Shown here piece by piece: positions 8,811-18,207 of a DNA stretch of 41,481 bases. Numbering within the stretch: the first letter of the stretch is position 1; each line of letters starts with the position of its first letter. Location: the NCBI GenBank assembly GCA_045590935.1, contig JAZNSA010000139.1, positions 1-41,481 on the forward strand. Reading direction: 5' to 3'. Source of the stretch: Clostridia bacterium (GTDB lineage: Bacteria; Bacillota; Clostridia; UBA1381; UMGS1253). The notes beneath the pieces are model-generated. The model did not search any database and was not told the DNA's origin. It saw only the letters and a program-made list of their open reading frames with translations. Position numbers and translations under genes: made by a program.

Positions 8811-8813
8811 TTA

Positions 8814-8858
8814 AATTTTGAGGGCTACAGTAATTTTTATGCTGTAGCCCTAAAATTT
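8814..8858. terminator. Bidirectional terminator
   Basis: agggctacag-11 nt-ctgtagccct with A/T-rich flanks. Confidence 0.75.
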
Positions 8859-8859
8859 T

Positions 8860-9351
8860 TTATAGTAGCTTTTCAATATCCTTAATTATATCATTGAATT
8901 TTCGTTTGTTACACTCAATGGCTATGTCGGCATATTTTTCGTATAGCGGGGTACGATAGTCATACACATCACGAAGCGTTTGACCGTTTCCGAAAGCAAT
9001 GCCTCTGCTGACTTGATTTCTTATGCGCTTTGATATATGGTGAAAATCAACCTTAAGGTAAATAACAGTTCCGTTTTTCTTTAGATGAGCCATAACCTTT
9101 TCGCTTAAAACAGCACTTCCGCCTGTTGCAATAACCATATTTTCGCTCTCTAATGAAAGAATATATTTTTCTTCAAGCTCTAAAAATTTTTCGACACCAT
9201 CAGAATTTATAATTTCCTGGAGCTTTCTTTTTTCAAATTGCTGAATTATTAAATCCGTATCGCAAAAGCCCATACTGAGCGCTTTTGCCAAAACTACACC
9301 AAGGGTTGACTTTCCGCACCCAGGCATTCCTATTAAAACTATATTTTTCAT
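8860..9351 (-). CDS. aroK: Shikimate kinase
   Basis: IVLIGMPGCGKST Walker A, DTD, VIATGGS, RTPLYEKYAD. Confidence 0.92.
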   Translation of the reverse strand: MKNIVLIGMPGCGKSTLGVVLAKALSMGFCDTDLIIQQFEKRKLQEIINSDGVEKFLELEEKYILSLESENMVIATGGSAVLSEKVMAHLKKNGTVIYLKVDFHHISKRIRNQVSRGIAFGNGQTLRDVYDYRTPLYEKYADIAIECNKRKFNDIIKDIEKLL

Positions 9352-9388
9352 TATATCAACTGCTTTCGTTTTTATATTATGTCAAATT

Positions 9389-10363
9389 TTAATTTATAGC
9401 ACTTAGAGTAAAATTGTAAATTGTAAGCGCAAAAAATGCAATCATGCCGACATTTATGCATGAAGCCTTTATTTTATCAAAGGTTGACAGCTCGGATAGC
9501 TTGTTTTTTTTGAAGGACAGGTTTTTAATAAACTTTGAAATCAAAAACAAGCTAGCAATCGACACCAAACACGTTATCACAAAGTAAACGCAAAAAACAA
9601 TTGTAAAAAACCACGAATTACAATACGAAAGAAGCATTGGAATTGCTGTGCCACAGAAATTTACAAATATGTGATAACCAATTGTTATTTTAATATTGTT
9701 TGTTTTAATATAAAGATAACCGAGAAGATATCCTAAACCAAAGCTATAGAATACCTGGAAAAAATTTCCGTGTGCAAAGGCGAAAATAAGAGCTGAAAAA
9801 ACAATTGCAAAATTCTCACCGTAAATTCGTATGCGGTCTAAAATCATTTTTCTATATATTATTTCTTCAATTATAGGACCAATTATAACAACAATGAGAA
9901 TTATAACAACAATATTTGTTTGAGAAATAATTTGATTAAGCTCGTTTTCCAAACCAACGCCTGTAACCCTTTCAAAAAATGAAGTAAACAAAGCACTGAC
10001 CATTGAGCCTATATTCATAATGCCAATACATATAATGGCGATAACTATTGCTTTATCGAGGCTCAACGTTATTTTTTTGCGCTTTAAGGCAATTGGCTTT
10101 TTAAGATGCATAAGAAAAAGAAAAAGCGAAAAGCCAAGACCGTATTGGCAAAGAATTGTTAAAATCCAATTGAGAGCAATCGAAGCGTTTCCGTCAATTT
10201 TTAAGTTAAAAACGTCCTTTAAAATAAAAGTCATAATCAAATATAAAAAAACTACGGAAATATCATATAAAGTAAGGCATACACCAATATGGGAAAAAGT
10301 TTTCTTTAACGATTTTTTCTTATAAACCCTTATTGAAGCGGGGGTTTTAATAATTTTATTCAT
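9389..10363 (-). CDS. CPBP/Abi (CAAX protease-like) intramembrane metalloprotease
   Basis: GPIIEEIIYRK, FAFAHGN and HIFVN motifs; multiple TM helices; start moved to ATG 10363 after GGAAAGGAAGG. Confidence 0.88.
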   Translation of the reverse strand: MNKIIKTPASIRVYKKKSLKKTFSHIGVCLTLYDISVVFLYLIMTFILKDVFNLKIDGNASIALNWILTILCQYGLGFSLFLFLMHLKKPIALKRKKITLSLDKAIVIAIICIGIMNIGSMVSALFTSFFERVTGVGLENELNQIISQTNIVVIILIVVIIGPIIEEIIYRKMILDRIRIYGENFAIVFSALIFAFAHGNFFQVFYSFGLGYLLGYLYIKTNNIKITIGYHIFVNFCGTAIPMLLSYCNSWFFTIVFCVYFVITCLVSIASLFLISKFIKNLSFKKNKLSELSTFDKIKASCINVGMIAFFALTIYNFTLSAIN

Positions 10364-10485
10364 AAAAACGGTACGCCTTCCTTTCCGATAAATTTGCAAC
10401 ATATTATATTGTATCATAAAAAAATACTTTTTGCAACAAATTTTAGTTGCACGATTTTTTTTACTGTGGTATAATTGATGTGTGC

Positions 10486-10599
10486 TAAATTTTGCAAAGC
10501 AAAATTTATTAAAGCCTGTCGGCTTTTTGTGCTCTTTCGAGCACTTCATCAATTGACGGCGTCGCAAAAATGCCCTTGCGAGCAAGCCCGTTCCCTACA
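10486..10599 (-). repeat. Cluster of short hairpins; minus strand begins with a GTAG-headed REP-like motif
   Basis: aaattttgc-aaa-gcaaaattt; aaagcc-tgtc-ggcttt; gtgctc-tttc-gagcac; cttgc-ga-gcaag; minus strand starts GTAGGGAACGGGCTTG. Confidence 0.45.
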
Positions 10600-10612
10600 A
10601 TTTTGTGGTACA

Positions 10613-10641
10613 TTGACTACATCGTTCAATGTTTATATAAT
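10613..10641 (+). promoter_or_regulatory. Sigma-A promoter of mnmA
   Basis: TTGACT-17 nt-TATAAT. Confidence 0.7.
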
Positions 10642-10684
10642 GAATTAGTAAAGTTGAATTGAAAGATTTAAGGATGATGAAAAT

Positions 10685-11761
10685 ATGAAAGAAAAGGTAA
10701 TGGTTGGAATGAGCGGCGGAGTAGACAGCTCTGTTACGGCGCTTCTTTTGAAAAATGAGGGCTTTGATGTTGTTGGAGCAACGCTTAAGCTTTTTTGCAA
10801 AAGTGATAAAAAAGAAAGTTCGGACGAGAGAACATGCGGCTCGCTTTCCGATATAGATGATGCAAAGCTTGTTTCAAAGAAATTAGGGCTTGAGCATTTC
10901 GTTTTTGATTTTGGGAATGAATTTAATGATAAGGTTATAAAAAACTTTATCGAAAGCTATAATCTTGCTAAAACGCCAAATCCATGCATCGAGTGCAATA
11001 AGCACATAAAATTTTCAAAAATGCTTGAAAGTGCACTTGATATGGGATGTGATTATATTGCTACGGGACACTATGTTCAAAGAGAATACGACGAGGAAAG
11101 CGGTAGATATTTGCTAAAAAAGGCGGCAGACGATTCGAAAGACCAGACGTATGTTTTATATAATTTAACTCAGCATCAGCTAAAGCATACTCTTTTCCCA
11201 CTCGGAGGATATTTAAAAAGTGATATAAGAAGGATTGCCGAGGAAAATGAGTTAGTAAATGCACGAAAGCCCGATAGTCAGGATATTTGCTTTGTTCCCG
11301 ATGGAGATTATGCAAAATTTATTGAGGAAACTCAGAAAATAAAGCCGAGGAGCGGAAGCTTTGTTGACAAAGACGGAAATGTTTTGGGCACTCATAGCGG
11401 AATAATTAACTATACTATAGGGCAAAGGAAGGGACTTGGAGTAACTTTTGGAGAGCCGAGGTTTGTAATAAAAAAGGATGCCGAAAAAAATACAGTTATG
11501 ATTGGGCGGCACGAGGAGCTTTTTTCGACGTCGCTCGTTGCAGAAAATGTAAATTGGATAAAAATTGACTCGCTTAAAGAGCCTATGAGGGTTAGCGTTA
11601 AAGCGAGATATAAGCAAAAAGAAACGCCCGCAACAATCTATCCGTTAGAAAACGGAGCTGTCAGGGCGGAGTTTGATGAGCCGCAACGTGCAATATCGCC
11701 GGGGCAATCTGCCGTTTTTTACGATGGCGATTATGTTGTTGGCGGCGGAATAATAAAATAA
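10685..11761 (+). CDS. mnmA: tRNA 2-thiouridine(34) synthase
   Basis: GMSGGVDSS, TPNPCIECN, ATGHY, KDQTY, DSQDICF, YTIGQRKGLG, PGQSAVFY. Confidence 0.97.
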   Translation: MKEKVMVGMSGGVDSSVTALLLKNEGFDVVGATLKLFCKSDKKESSDERTCGSLSDIDDAKLVSKKLGLEHFVFDFGNEFNDKVIKNFIESYNLAKTPNPCIECNKHIKFSKMLESALDMGCDYIATGHYVQREYDEESGRYLLKKAADDSKDQTYVLYNLTQHQLKHTLFPLGGYLKSDIRRIAEENELVNARKPDSQDICFVPDGDYAKFIEETQKIKPRSGSFVDKDGNVLGTHSGIINYTIGQRKGLGVTFGEPRFVIKKDAEKNTVMIGRHEELFSTSLVAENVNWIKIDSLKEPMRVSVKARYKQKETPATIYPLENGAVRAEFDEPQRAISPGQSAVFYDGDYVVGGGIIK

Positions 11762-12793
11762 CTAAAATTCTACAACTGAATAAGAACTGTCTAAAAGCTC
11801 AAAGTCTTGGCAATTTGTATAAATAGTTTTATCCTTTGCGATAAGAACGATTTTTATATCATTATCCTTTGCCAGATTTTGGGCTTCGTTTATGTCGCAC
11901 ATAAAAAGAGCGGTTGAAAAGGCATCTGCCATTGTACAATTGTCGCTTATAACAGTTACACTATCAAAAATACCGTTAAAAGGTCTGCCTGTTTTTGCAT
12001 CGAAAATATGGTGATAAAACGCACCGTCATCTGCTGTGAAATTTCGCTCATAAGCACCAGAGGTAACAACAAATGTTTTATTTGCGCTGCAAGAAATTTT
12101 TCCGATTGCTTCCCCGTTTTCGCCGAACGGTTTTTTTATTCCAACGCCCCAACCTTTGTTTGTTTTTGGATTTTTACCAAGGGCGCATATATTTCCGCCA
12201 AAATCCAAAAGTGCATTTGAAATGTTTTCGCTTTCTAATATATCGGCACAGGCATCGGCAAGATATCCTTTTGCAATTCCGCCCAAATCTATTTTTGTGC
12301 TTTCATTTTTAAATTCTATAAAATTTTCGCCAACATCAATATTATCAATACTGACGCCTTTGAGGGCAAAAGCTATTTCTTCGTCATCAGGAACATAGCC
12401 GCCGTCGTTTATTTTCCATAAATCCGTAATAGGTTTTATTGTTATATCGAATTTTCCGTTTGTTTTTTTTGAGTATTCTATCGCCTTTTTTACTATATCT
12501 ATAATCTTTTCGCTTGCTTTTCTCTTTTTTTCTTTTGATAGATTAATTTTATAAGTTTCGGAGCTTTCTTTGTAGGCGCTAAAAATATTTTCCGAAGAAG
12601 AAATTTCACTAACGCATTTTTCTAATGCATCCTCAGCACCTTTTCCGTATGCAGTCATAGAAATATATGTATCAAGCATAAAAACATTTTTTGTTGACAG
12701 TTCTTCGTTTTTCAGATTTTTAATAATTGTACCGACAAGCATAACGGCAAGCGCTAAAGCAGCAACTGTATAAACTATTGTCTTAGATTTCAC
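11762..12793 (-). CDS. apbE: FAD:protein FMN transferase (ApbE)
   Basis: FDITI, IDLGGIAKGY, DFGGN, TSGAYER, YHHIFD, ADAFSTALF; start moved to GTG 12793 after GGGGG. Confidence 0.92.
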   Translation of the reverse strand: MKSKTIVYTVAALALAVMLVGTIIKNLKNEELSTKNVFMLDTYISMTAYGKGAEDALEKCVSEISSSENIFSAYKESSETYKINLSKEKKRKASEKIIDIVKKAIEYSKKTNGKFDITIKPITDLWKINDGGYVPDDEEIAFALKGVSIDNIDVGENFIEFKNESTKIDLGGIAKGYLADACADILESENISNALLDFGGNICALGKNPKTNKGWGVGIKKPFGENGEAIGKISCSANKTFVVTSGAYERNFTADDGAFYHHIFDAKTGRPFNGIFDSVTVISDNCTMADAFSTALFMCDINEAQNLAKDNDIKIVLIAKDKTIYTNCQDFELLDSSYSVVEF

Positions 12794-12941
12794 ATTAAAT
12801 CCCCCAAAGATTTTTTTACTATATATGTCTATTGTACCAATAAATTTAAAAAAATTCAAGAATTTTAAAAAATATTTGCTTTTATTTGTTATATATGGTA
12901 TAATGTAGACGTAGTAATTTTGTTTAGTGGAGGTTTGAAAA

Positions 12942-13739
12942 ATGGACATTAATAAGTTTTCATTAGAAGGTAAGGTTGCATTGGTAACAGGTGCATCTTA
13001 CGGCATCGGTTTTGCTATTGCAAGTGCGTATGCTTCTTGCGGTGCTAAGATTGTGTTTAACGACATCAATCAAGAGTTAGTTGACAAGGGAATGGCAAGC
13101 TATAAGGAAGCGGGAATTGATGCTCATGGTTACGTTTGCGACGTTACTAATGAGGAGATGGTAAATGCTTTTATAGCTCAGGTCGAAAAAGAAGTTGGAA
13201 CAGTTGATATTTTGGTTAACAATGCCGGAATTATTAAGCGTATTCCTATGTGCGAGATGACTGCTGAGCAGTTCCGTCAGGTTATTGATATTGACCTTAA
13301 CGGACCATTTATCATGGCTAAGGCAGTTATTCCTTCAATGATTAAAAAGGGTCATGGTAAAATCATTAATATCTGTTCAATGATGAGTGAGCTTGGTCGT
13401 GAAACTGTTTCGGCGTATGCTGCTGCAAAGGGCGGATTAAAGATGCTTACAAAGAATATTGCATCTGAGTATGGTGAGTTTAACATTCAGTGTAACGGTA
13501 TTGGACCCGGATATATTGCAACTCCTCAGACAGCTCCTCTTCGTGAGAAGCAGGCTGACGGTTCAAGACATCCGTTTGATTCGTTTATTATTGCTAAAAC
13601 TCCTGCTGCTCGTTGGGGAACACCTGAGGATTTAATGGGTCCTGCTGTGTTCTTGGCTTCGGAAGCTTCGGACTTTGTAAACGGACATGTTTTGTATGTT
13701 GACGGCGGTATCTTGGCTTATATCGGTAAGCAGCCGTGA
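12942..13739 (+). CDS. Gluconate 5-dehydrogenase / KduD-like short-chain dehydrogenase
   Basis: TGASYGIG, NNAGIIKR, SELGRETVSAYAAAKGG, NGIGPGY, YIGKQP ending. Confidence 0.88.
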   Translation: MDINKFSLEGKVALVTGASYGIGFAIASAYASCGAKIVFNDINQELVDKGMASYKEAGIDAHGYVCDVTNEEMVNAFIAQVEKEVGTVDILVNNAGIIKRIPMCEMTAEQFRQVIDIDLNGPFIMAKAVIPSMIKKGHGKIINICSMMSELGRETVSAYAAAKGGLKMLTKNIASEYGEFNIQCNGIGPGYIATPQTAPLREKQADGSRHPFDSFIIAKTPAARWGTPEDLMGPAVFLASEASDFVNGHVLYVDGGILAYIGKQP

Positions 13740-13796
13740 TAATTTATAATTAAAAAATGTGCGTGGTGTGTCAATAGGCACACCACATTTTTGCGC

Positions 13797-13840
13797 AAAA
13801 AAGCTATGCAAACTGAAAACTTGTCTGCATAGCCTTTTTT
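13797..13840. terminator. Terminator between the convergent SDR gene and galE; a second hairpin lies at about 13763-13785
   Basis: aaaaaagctatgca...tgcatagcctttttt. Confidence 0.7.
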
Positions 13841-13852
13841 CTGTTATATCAA

Positions 13853-14866
13853 TTATTTATCGTATCCGTTAGGATTATTCTTTTGCCAATTCCACGAATC
13901 ACGGCACATATCCTCAATTGTAAGCTTTGCTTCCCAGCCTAATTCATTTTTTGCCTTAGATGGGTCTGCATAACAAATTGTTACATCGCCAGGGCGACGA
14001 GGAGCAATTTTGTAATTCACTTTAACGCCGTTTGCCTTTTCAAATGCTTTAATTAAATCTAAAACGCTATAGCCTACTCCTGTTCCGAGATTGTGAACAA
14101 AAATTCCCTTGTCTTTATTAACCTTTTCAAGCGCCTTGATATGACCAAAAGCCAAATCTACAACGTGTATGTAATCACGCACGCCCGTTCCGTCCTTAGT
14201 TGGGTAGTCATCACCAAAAACGCTTAGCTGCTCAAGCTTGCCTGAAACAACCTGAGTGATATACGGCATAAGGTTGTTTGGTATACCCTTTGGATTTTCG
14301 CCTATTGTTCCGCTCTTATGAGCACCAACGGGATTAAAGTATCTCAAAAGGGAAATTGACCACTCATCATCCGAAACAGATAAATCTTTTAACATTTGCT
14401 CAATCATAAGCTTTGTCTGACCGTATGGGCTATTTGCAGAGGTTGGGAGGTCCTCTGTAAGAGGCATTTTATCCGTAACGCCATATACTGTTGCTGACGA
14501 GCTGAATACTATTTTTTTAACGTTAAATTCGCCCATAACCTCTAAAAGGCAAACCGTTCCGCTGATATTGTTTTTGTAATATTTTAAAGGCTCTGCAACG
14601 GATTCGCCAACTGCCTTTAAGCCTGCAAAATGAATGACAGCAGTTATATCATTTTCAGAGAAAACCTTCCTCATACCGTCTTTATCTAAAATATCGCAAA
14701 GATAAAACTTAATTTTTTTTCCTGTTATTTTTTCAACACGATTTAAGGATTCCGACGAGCTGTTTGAAAGATTATCCAAAACAATAACGTTATATCCTTC
14801 CTCTAAAAGAGAAACACAAGTGTGCGAGCCAATATAACCTGCACCGCCCGTAACTAAAATTGCCAT
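13853..14866 (-). CDS. galE: UDP-glucose 4-epimerase
   Basis: [51 protein letters not shown]. Confidence 0.97.
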   Translation of the reverse strand: MAILVTGGAGYIGSHTCVSLLEEGYNVIVLDNLSNSSSESLNRVEKITGKKIKFYLCDILDKDGMRKVFSENDITAVIHFAGLKAVGESVAEPLKYYKNNISGTVCLLEVMGEFNVKKIVFSSSATVYGVTDKMPLTEDLPTSANSPYGQTKLMIEQMLKDLSVSDDEWSISLLRYFNPVGAHKSGTIGENPKGIPNNLMPYITQVVSGKLEQLSVFGDDYPTKDGTGVRDYIHVVDLAFGHIKALEKVNKDKGIFVHNLGTGVGYSVLDLIKAFEKANGVKVNYKIAPRRPGDVTICYADPSKAKNELGWEAKLTIEDMCRDSWNWQKNNPNGYDK

Positions 14867-14899
14867 AATAATTCACATTCCTTTCAAAGCGATATAAGC

Positions 14900-15631
14900 T
14901 TAGCGAAGCTTTAATTGAGCTTCACAAAACTCCAAATCCTCAACAGTATTAACGCCGTATATTTCAGTTTCGTCGCTTGTTGAAAATGTTTCAACCTTTT
15001 TTCCGTCTGCAACAAAAATCTTTGGCATATCCGTTAAATAATACTCGCCTTGAGCATTGTTGTTTTTTAAGTTTTTCAAGCCTTCAAAAAGAAGCTTTGC
15101 TTTAAATACATATACACCAACGTTAAGCTCCGTAATCTTTTTTTGCTCATCGTTGCAATCCTTGTCTTCAACAATATCGCAAATTTTTCCGTTTTCATCT
15201 CTGATAATTCTTCCGTATGCAGGAGGAGGGTCAACTATACCTGTTAAAAGAGTACAATCTGCATTTGTTTCCTCGTGCTTTTTGATTAGATTTTCAAAGG
15301 TTTCTTTTTTAAATAAAGGCATATCCCCATAGGAAATAAAAACATTTCCGTCGTAGCCGTCAAAATGCTCACTTGCACAGCTAACAGCGTGCCCCGTACC
15401 TTTTTGTTCGTCCTGAACACTATATAAATATTCGTTGCCAAGGCTTTCCATAACCTTTTCTTTCATATAGCCAACAACTAAAACAGTATCTTTCTTATCT
15501 ATAAAATTTATACTGTCTAATGCATACTTTATTAGCGGCTTACCATTTGCCTCTCTCATTACTTTAGGAAGGTTAAACTCCTCACTGTGAAGCCTTTTTC
15601 CTTTTCCTGCAGCCAAAACTATTGCTTTCAC
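14900..15631 (-). CDS. GlmU-like sugar-1-phosphate uridylyltransferase, N-terminal domain only
   Basis: LAAGKGKRL, QKGTGHAV, YGDMP, YGRIIR, NNNAQGEYYLTD, GVNT; ends before the hexapeptide acetyltransferase domain; likely GTG start at 15631. Confidence 0.85.
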   Translation of the reverse strand: MKAIVLAAGKGKRLHSEEFNLPKVMREANGKPLIKYALDSINFIDKKDTVLVVGYMKEKVMESLGNEYLYSVQDEQKGTGHAVSCASEHFDGYDGNVFISYGDMPLFKKETFENLIKKHEETNADCTLLTGIVDPPPAYGRIIRDENGKICDIVEDKDCNDEQKKITELNVGVYVFKAKLLFEGLKNLKNNNAQGEYYLTDMPKIFVADGKKVETFSTSDETEIYGVNTVEDLEFCEAQLKLR

Positions 15632-15781
15632 ACAAAACACCCCTTTTATATAATTTACTTAACTGCTATTATACACCTTTTACCATATTTAGTCAAGTGA
15701 TAAATATAGGATGAGGCTGAAAATGGCTTGTAATAAAAAAGTCGGTTCAATCTGCAACCGAATCTTTTTGAAATGCTTAAT

Positions 15782-16582
15782 TTATTCTGGTTTATAATTT
15801 TTGGTCCATTCTGCGTATTGGGGAGTGCCTATTCCGTAGCCGCCTGCAACATCTAAAATATGACCTGTTATATATGAGGAATCTTCTGAGGCAAAGAAGG
15901 CTACTGCGTTTGCAATATCTTCAACTGATGCCATACGATTGAGAGGAACGTGAGAAAGAAAAGACTCTAAAAATTCCTTGGGCATATTTTTTATTGCCGC
16001 ATCGGTAGCCGTTAAACCCGGGAGCACTGCGTTGACACGGATGTTGTTTTTGGCATATTGGAGAGCGATTTGCTTAGTTATATTATTTACGGCGGCTTTT
16101 GAAACACCGTAGCCTATGCGGGTAATATCGGGGATAATTCCGCCGATTGAAGAAATGTTTACAATGCTTCCGCCACCGTTTTTAATCATATTTGGAATGA
16201 CCAGCTTTGATAACTTATATACACTTCCGAGATTTAGCTTTATAATTTCAAAAAATGCAGATTCGCTTCCTTTGAGAAGGTCTAAATCCTCGCTCGGCTT
16301 TCCGATACCGAAATTATTCACTAAAACATCTATTCTGCCTCGTTGCTTTAAAACTGTTTCTATCATAGAATTATAACTGCTTTCTACTGTTGCATCAAAA
16401 TAGACGGGTGTCATCGGAAGGGCTTCGTATTCAGAAGAGCTACAGATATTTTTTGTGTCTTCAACTCGACGCACTGCCAAAAAAACATCAAAACCGTTTT
16501 TTGCGAGCTTTAACGCACAAGCAAATCCAATTCCCTTAGTAGCAGAGGTAACTACGGCAACTTTTTTTGTTGAATCTTTCAT
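15782..16582 (-). CDS. hdhA: 7-alpha-hydroxysteroid dehydrogenase-like SDR (clostridial type)
   Basis: VTSATKGIG, LVNNFG, IPDITRIGYGVSKAA, IALQYA..NIRVNAVLPG, HVPLNR and GTPQY match my recollection of clostridial 7alpha-HSDHs; ATG 16582 after GGAG. Confidence 0.82.
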   Translation of the reverse strand: MKDSTKKVAVVTSATKGIGFACALKLAKNGFDVFLAVRRVEDTKNICSSSEYEALPMTPVYFDATVESSYNSMIETVLKQRGRIDVLVNNFGIGKPSEDLDLLKGSESAFFEIIKLNLGSVYKLSKLVIPNMIKNGGGSIVNISSIGGIIPDITRIGYGVSKAAVNNITKQIALQYAKNNIRVNAVLPGLTATDAAIKNMPKEFLESFLSHVPLNRMASVEDIANAVAFFASEDSSYITGHILDVAGGYGIGTPQYAEWTKNYKPE

Positions 16583-16687
16583 AAAAAGCAACTCCTTTTA
16601 TCTTTAGCGTGTTCAAAAATGAAAAAAGTATGTATATGAATAGGAAAACACGAGAAAAATATATGATATAGAAAAGGAGTGTCATTA

Positions 16688-17932
16688 ATGAATAAAAGAA
16701 TAAATCAAGCGTGGCTGATATTGATAGGTGTTATTTTGATAAGAGGCTTTGCGGGAAGTGGGATAAATATGACTGCCAGCTTGTTTTTAAAGCCTGTTGC
16801 TGATGAGATTGGCGTGGGAATAGGAACGCTATCAATTTTTTTCAGCATTGCATCGGTTGTTATGTTATTGTGGCTACCGTATGCGGGAAAGCTTATGGAA
16901 AAATATAATATTCGCACAATAGTTTTGATTTCTGCGGCTTTGCAGGCACTTTCGTTTGCGGGGCTCGGACTTATGAATAACGTTGTGGGGTGGTATTTGC
17001 TTACGATTCCTCAAACGATAGGAGCGGCGATTTTGGTAAATCTTTTGGGACCTGTTATGATAAATAGATGGTTTCCTGAAAAGACTGCTTTGATGCTCGG
17101 AATTCAAATGGGCTTTGTTTGGCTTTTTGCGGCTTTTTTGCAGCCTTTAGCCTCGCAGATTATTGGGAACAGCGGTTGGCGAAACGGGTACTTTTTTATA
17201 GGGTTAAGTACGTTTGCAGTAGTTGTAGTATCTGCGCTGACATTAATTAAAAATAAGTCAAGCGAGAATGTACACATTTTAGAGGCTGATAGCTCTGACG
17301 GAAAAGAAAAGACGGCAGATATGATTGAAATTCCCGAAAAGGTTGCTGTTCGTTCGGTGTCCTTTGTTATGCTTCTTATATTTATGATTTCGATGACAGG
17401 CACAGCCGTTTTTACTCAGCACATTCCAAATTATGGTGATATGATAGACTACTCTATAAACCAAGTGGGAATTGCTATGGCTCTGTCATCGGTTGGAAGT
17501 GCAATTGGTTCTGTTGCTATAGGGGTAGTTTGCGATAAAATAGGTGGGCTTAAAACCTGTTTTGGAATTATTATTCTTTGGATTGTAGCGATTATAGGTT
17601 TTTTGCTCAGCGGTATAAGCTTTGCGGTTTTTGCAGGAAGTGCATTTTTGCACGGCGCCTCCAGCTCCAGCATTGCTATTATATCACCCATTTTGATACT
17701 ATTGTTTTACGGGAAAAAAGATTATGAAAAAATTTATGCAAAGGTAGCAACAGGTGCGCCTATAGCATCTGTTTTACTTGTTCCGCTGTATGGATTTATC
17801 TATGACATTACAAGAAGCTATTTTCTCGTGTTGATTTTTTTGTTTGTTTTACTTTTGATTGCAGGAATTGGAATTTTAGTTGGTTGGAAGAAGCGTTGCA
17901 CGTCGCTCGGTTGCCCTGCGTGGCGAAAGTAA
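16688..17932 (+). CDS. MFS transporter, possibly for bile acids
   Basis: About 12 TM helices; MFS motifs GKLMEKY, INRWFP, CDKIG, YGFIYD; divergent from the HSDH-like gene. Confidence 0.8.
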   Translation: MNKRINQAWLILIGVILIRGFAGSGINMTASLFLKPVADEIGVGIGTLSIFFSIASVVMLLWLPYAGKLMEKYNIRTIVLISAALQALSFAGLGLMNNVVGWYLLTIPQTIGAAILVNLLGPVMINRWFPEKTALMLGIQMGFVWLFAAFLQPLASQIIGNSGWRNGYFFIGLSTFAVVVVSALTLIKNKSSENVHILEADSSDGKEKTADMIEIPEKVAVRSVSFVMLLIFMISMTGTAVFTQHIPNYGDMIDYSINQVGIAMALSSVGSAIGSVAIGVVCDKIGGLKTCFGIIILWIVAIIGFLLSGISFAVFAGSAFLHGASSSSIAIISPILILLFYGKKDYEKIYAKVATGAPIASVLLVPLYGFIYDITRSYFLVLIFLFVLLLIAGIGILVGWKKRCTSLGCPAWRK

Positions 17933-17937
17933 AAGCT

Positions 17938-17970
17938 TTATAAAAAGCGGTAAAATATAGCTTTTTATAA
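17938..17970 (+). terminator. Hairpin after the MFS gene
   Basis: ttataaaaagc-11 nt-gctttttataa. Confidence 0.5.
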
Positions 17971-17997
17971 ACAAATTATTGCAGAAAGGAAAAATGT

Positions 17998-18185
17998 GTG
18001 GTATAATGAGTTCAAATGTAATTTGAACTCATTGAATTGCACTTCGTGCATTAAAAGGCAATTCAATTCATGATGGAACATCAATTCATGGCTTTGCCAA
18101 TTCATTAAAAGTAAATTTTTAGAAGATTTATATTTTTATGATGCAATTTTGAGTGGCATCTAAACCGTTCATTGATTATATAATG
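17998..18185 (+). repeat. Modular TGAATT/AATTCA-hairpin element, copy 1 (short)
   Basis: TGGTATAAT, TGAGTT..AACTCA hairpin, TGAATT-gcac ttc gtgc, three AATTCAT separated by mini-hairpins, and a 38-bp tail shared with 30603-30640. Confidence 0.8.
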
Positions 18186-18207
18186 AATTCACATAGTGAA
18201 TTCATTA

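Noticed and set aside
10364-10585. N-terminal extension of the CPBP ORF (likewise apbE 12794-12949, yajC 30235-30297, rbr 41025-41063)
   Set aside because: The extensions run through promoter or hairpin DNA; downstream starts have proper RBSs and fit family lengths
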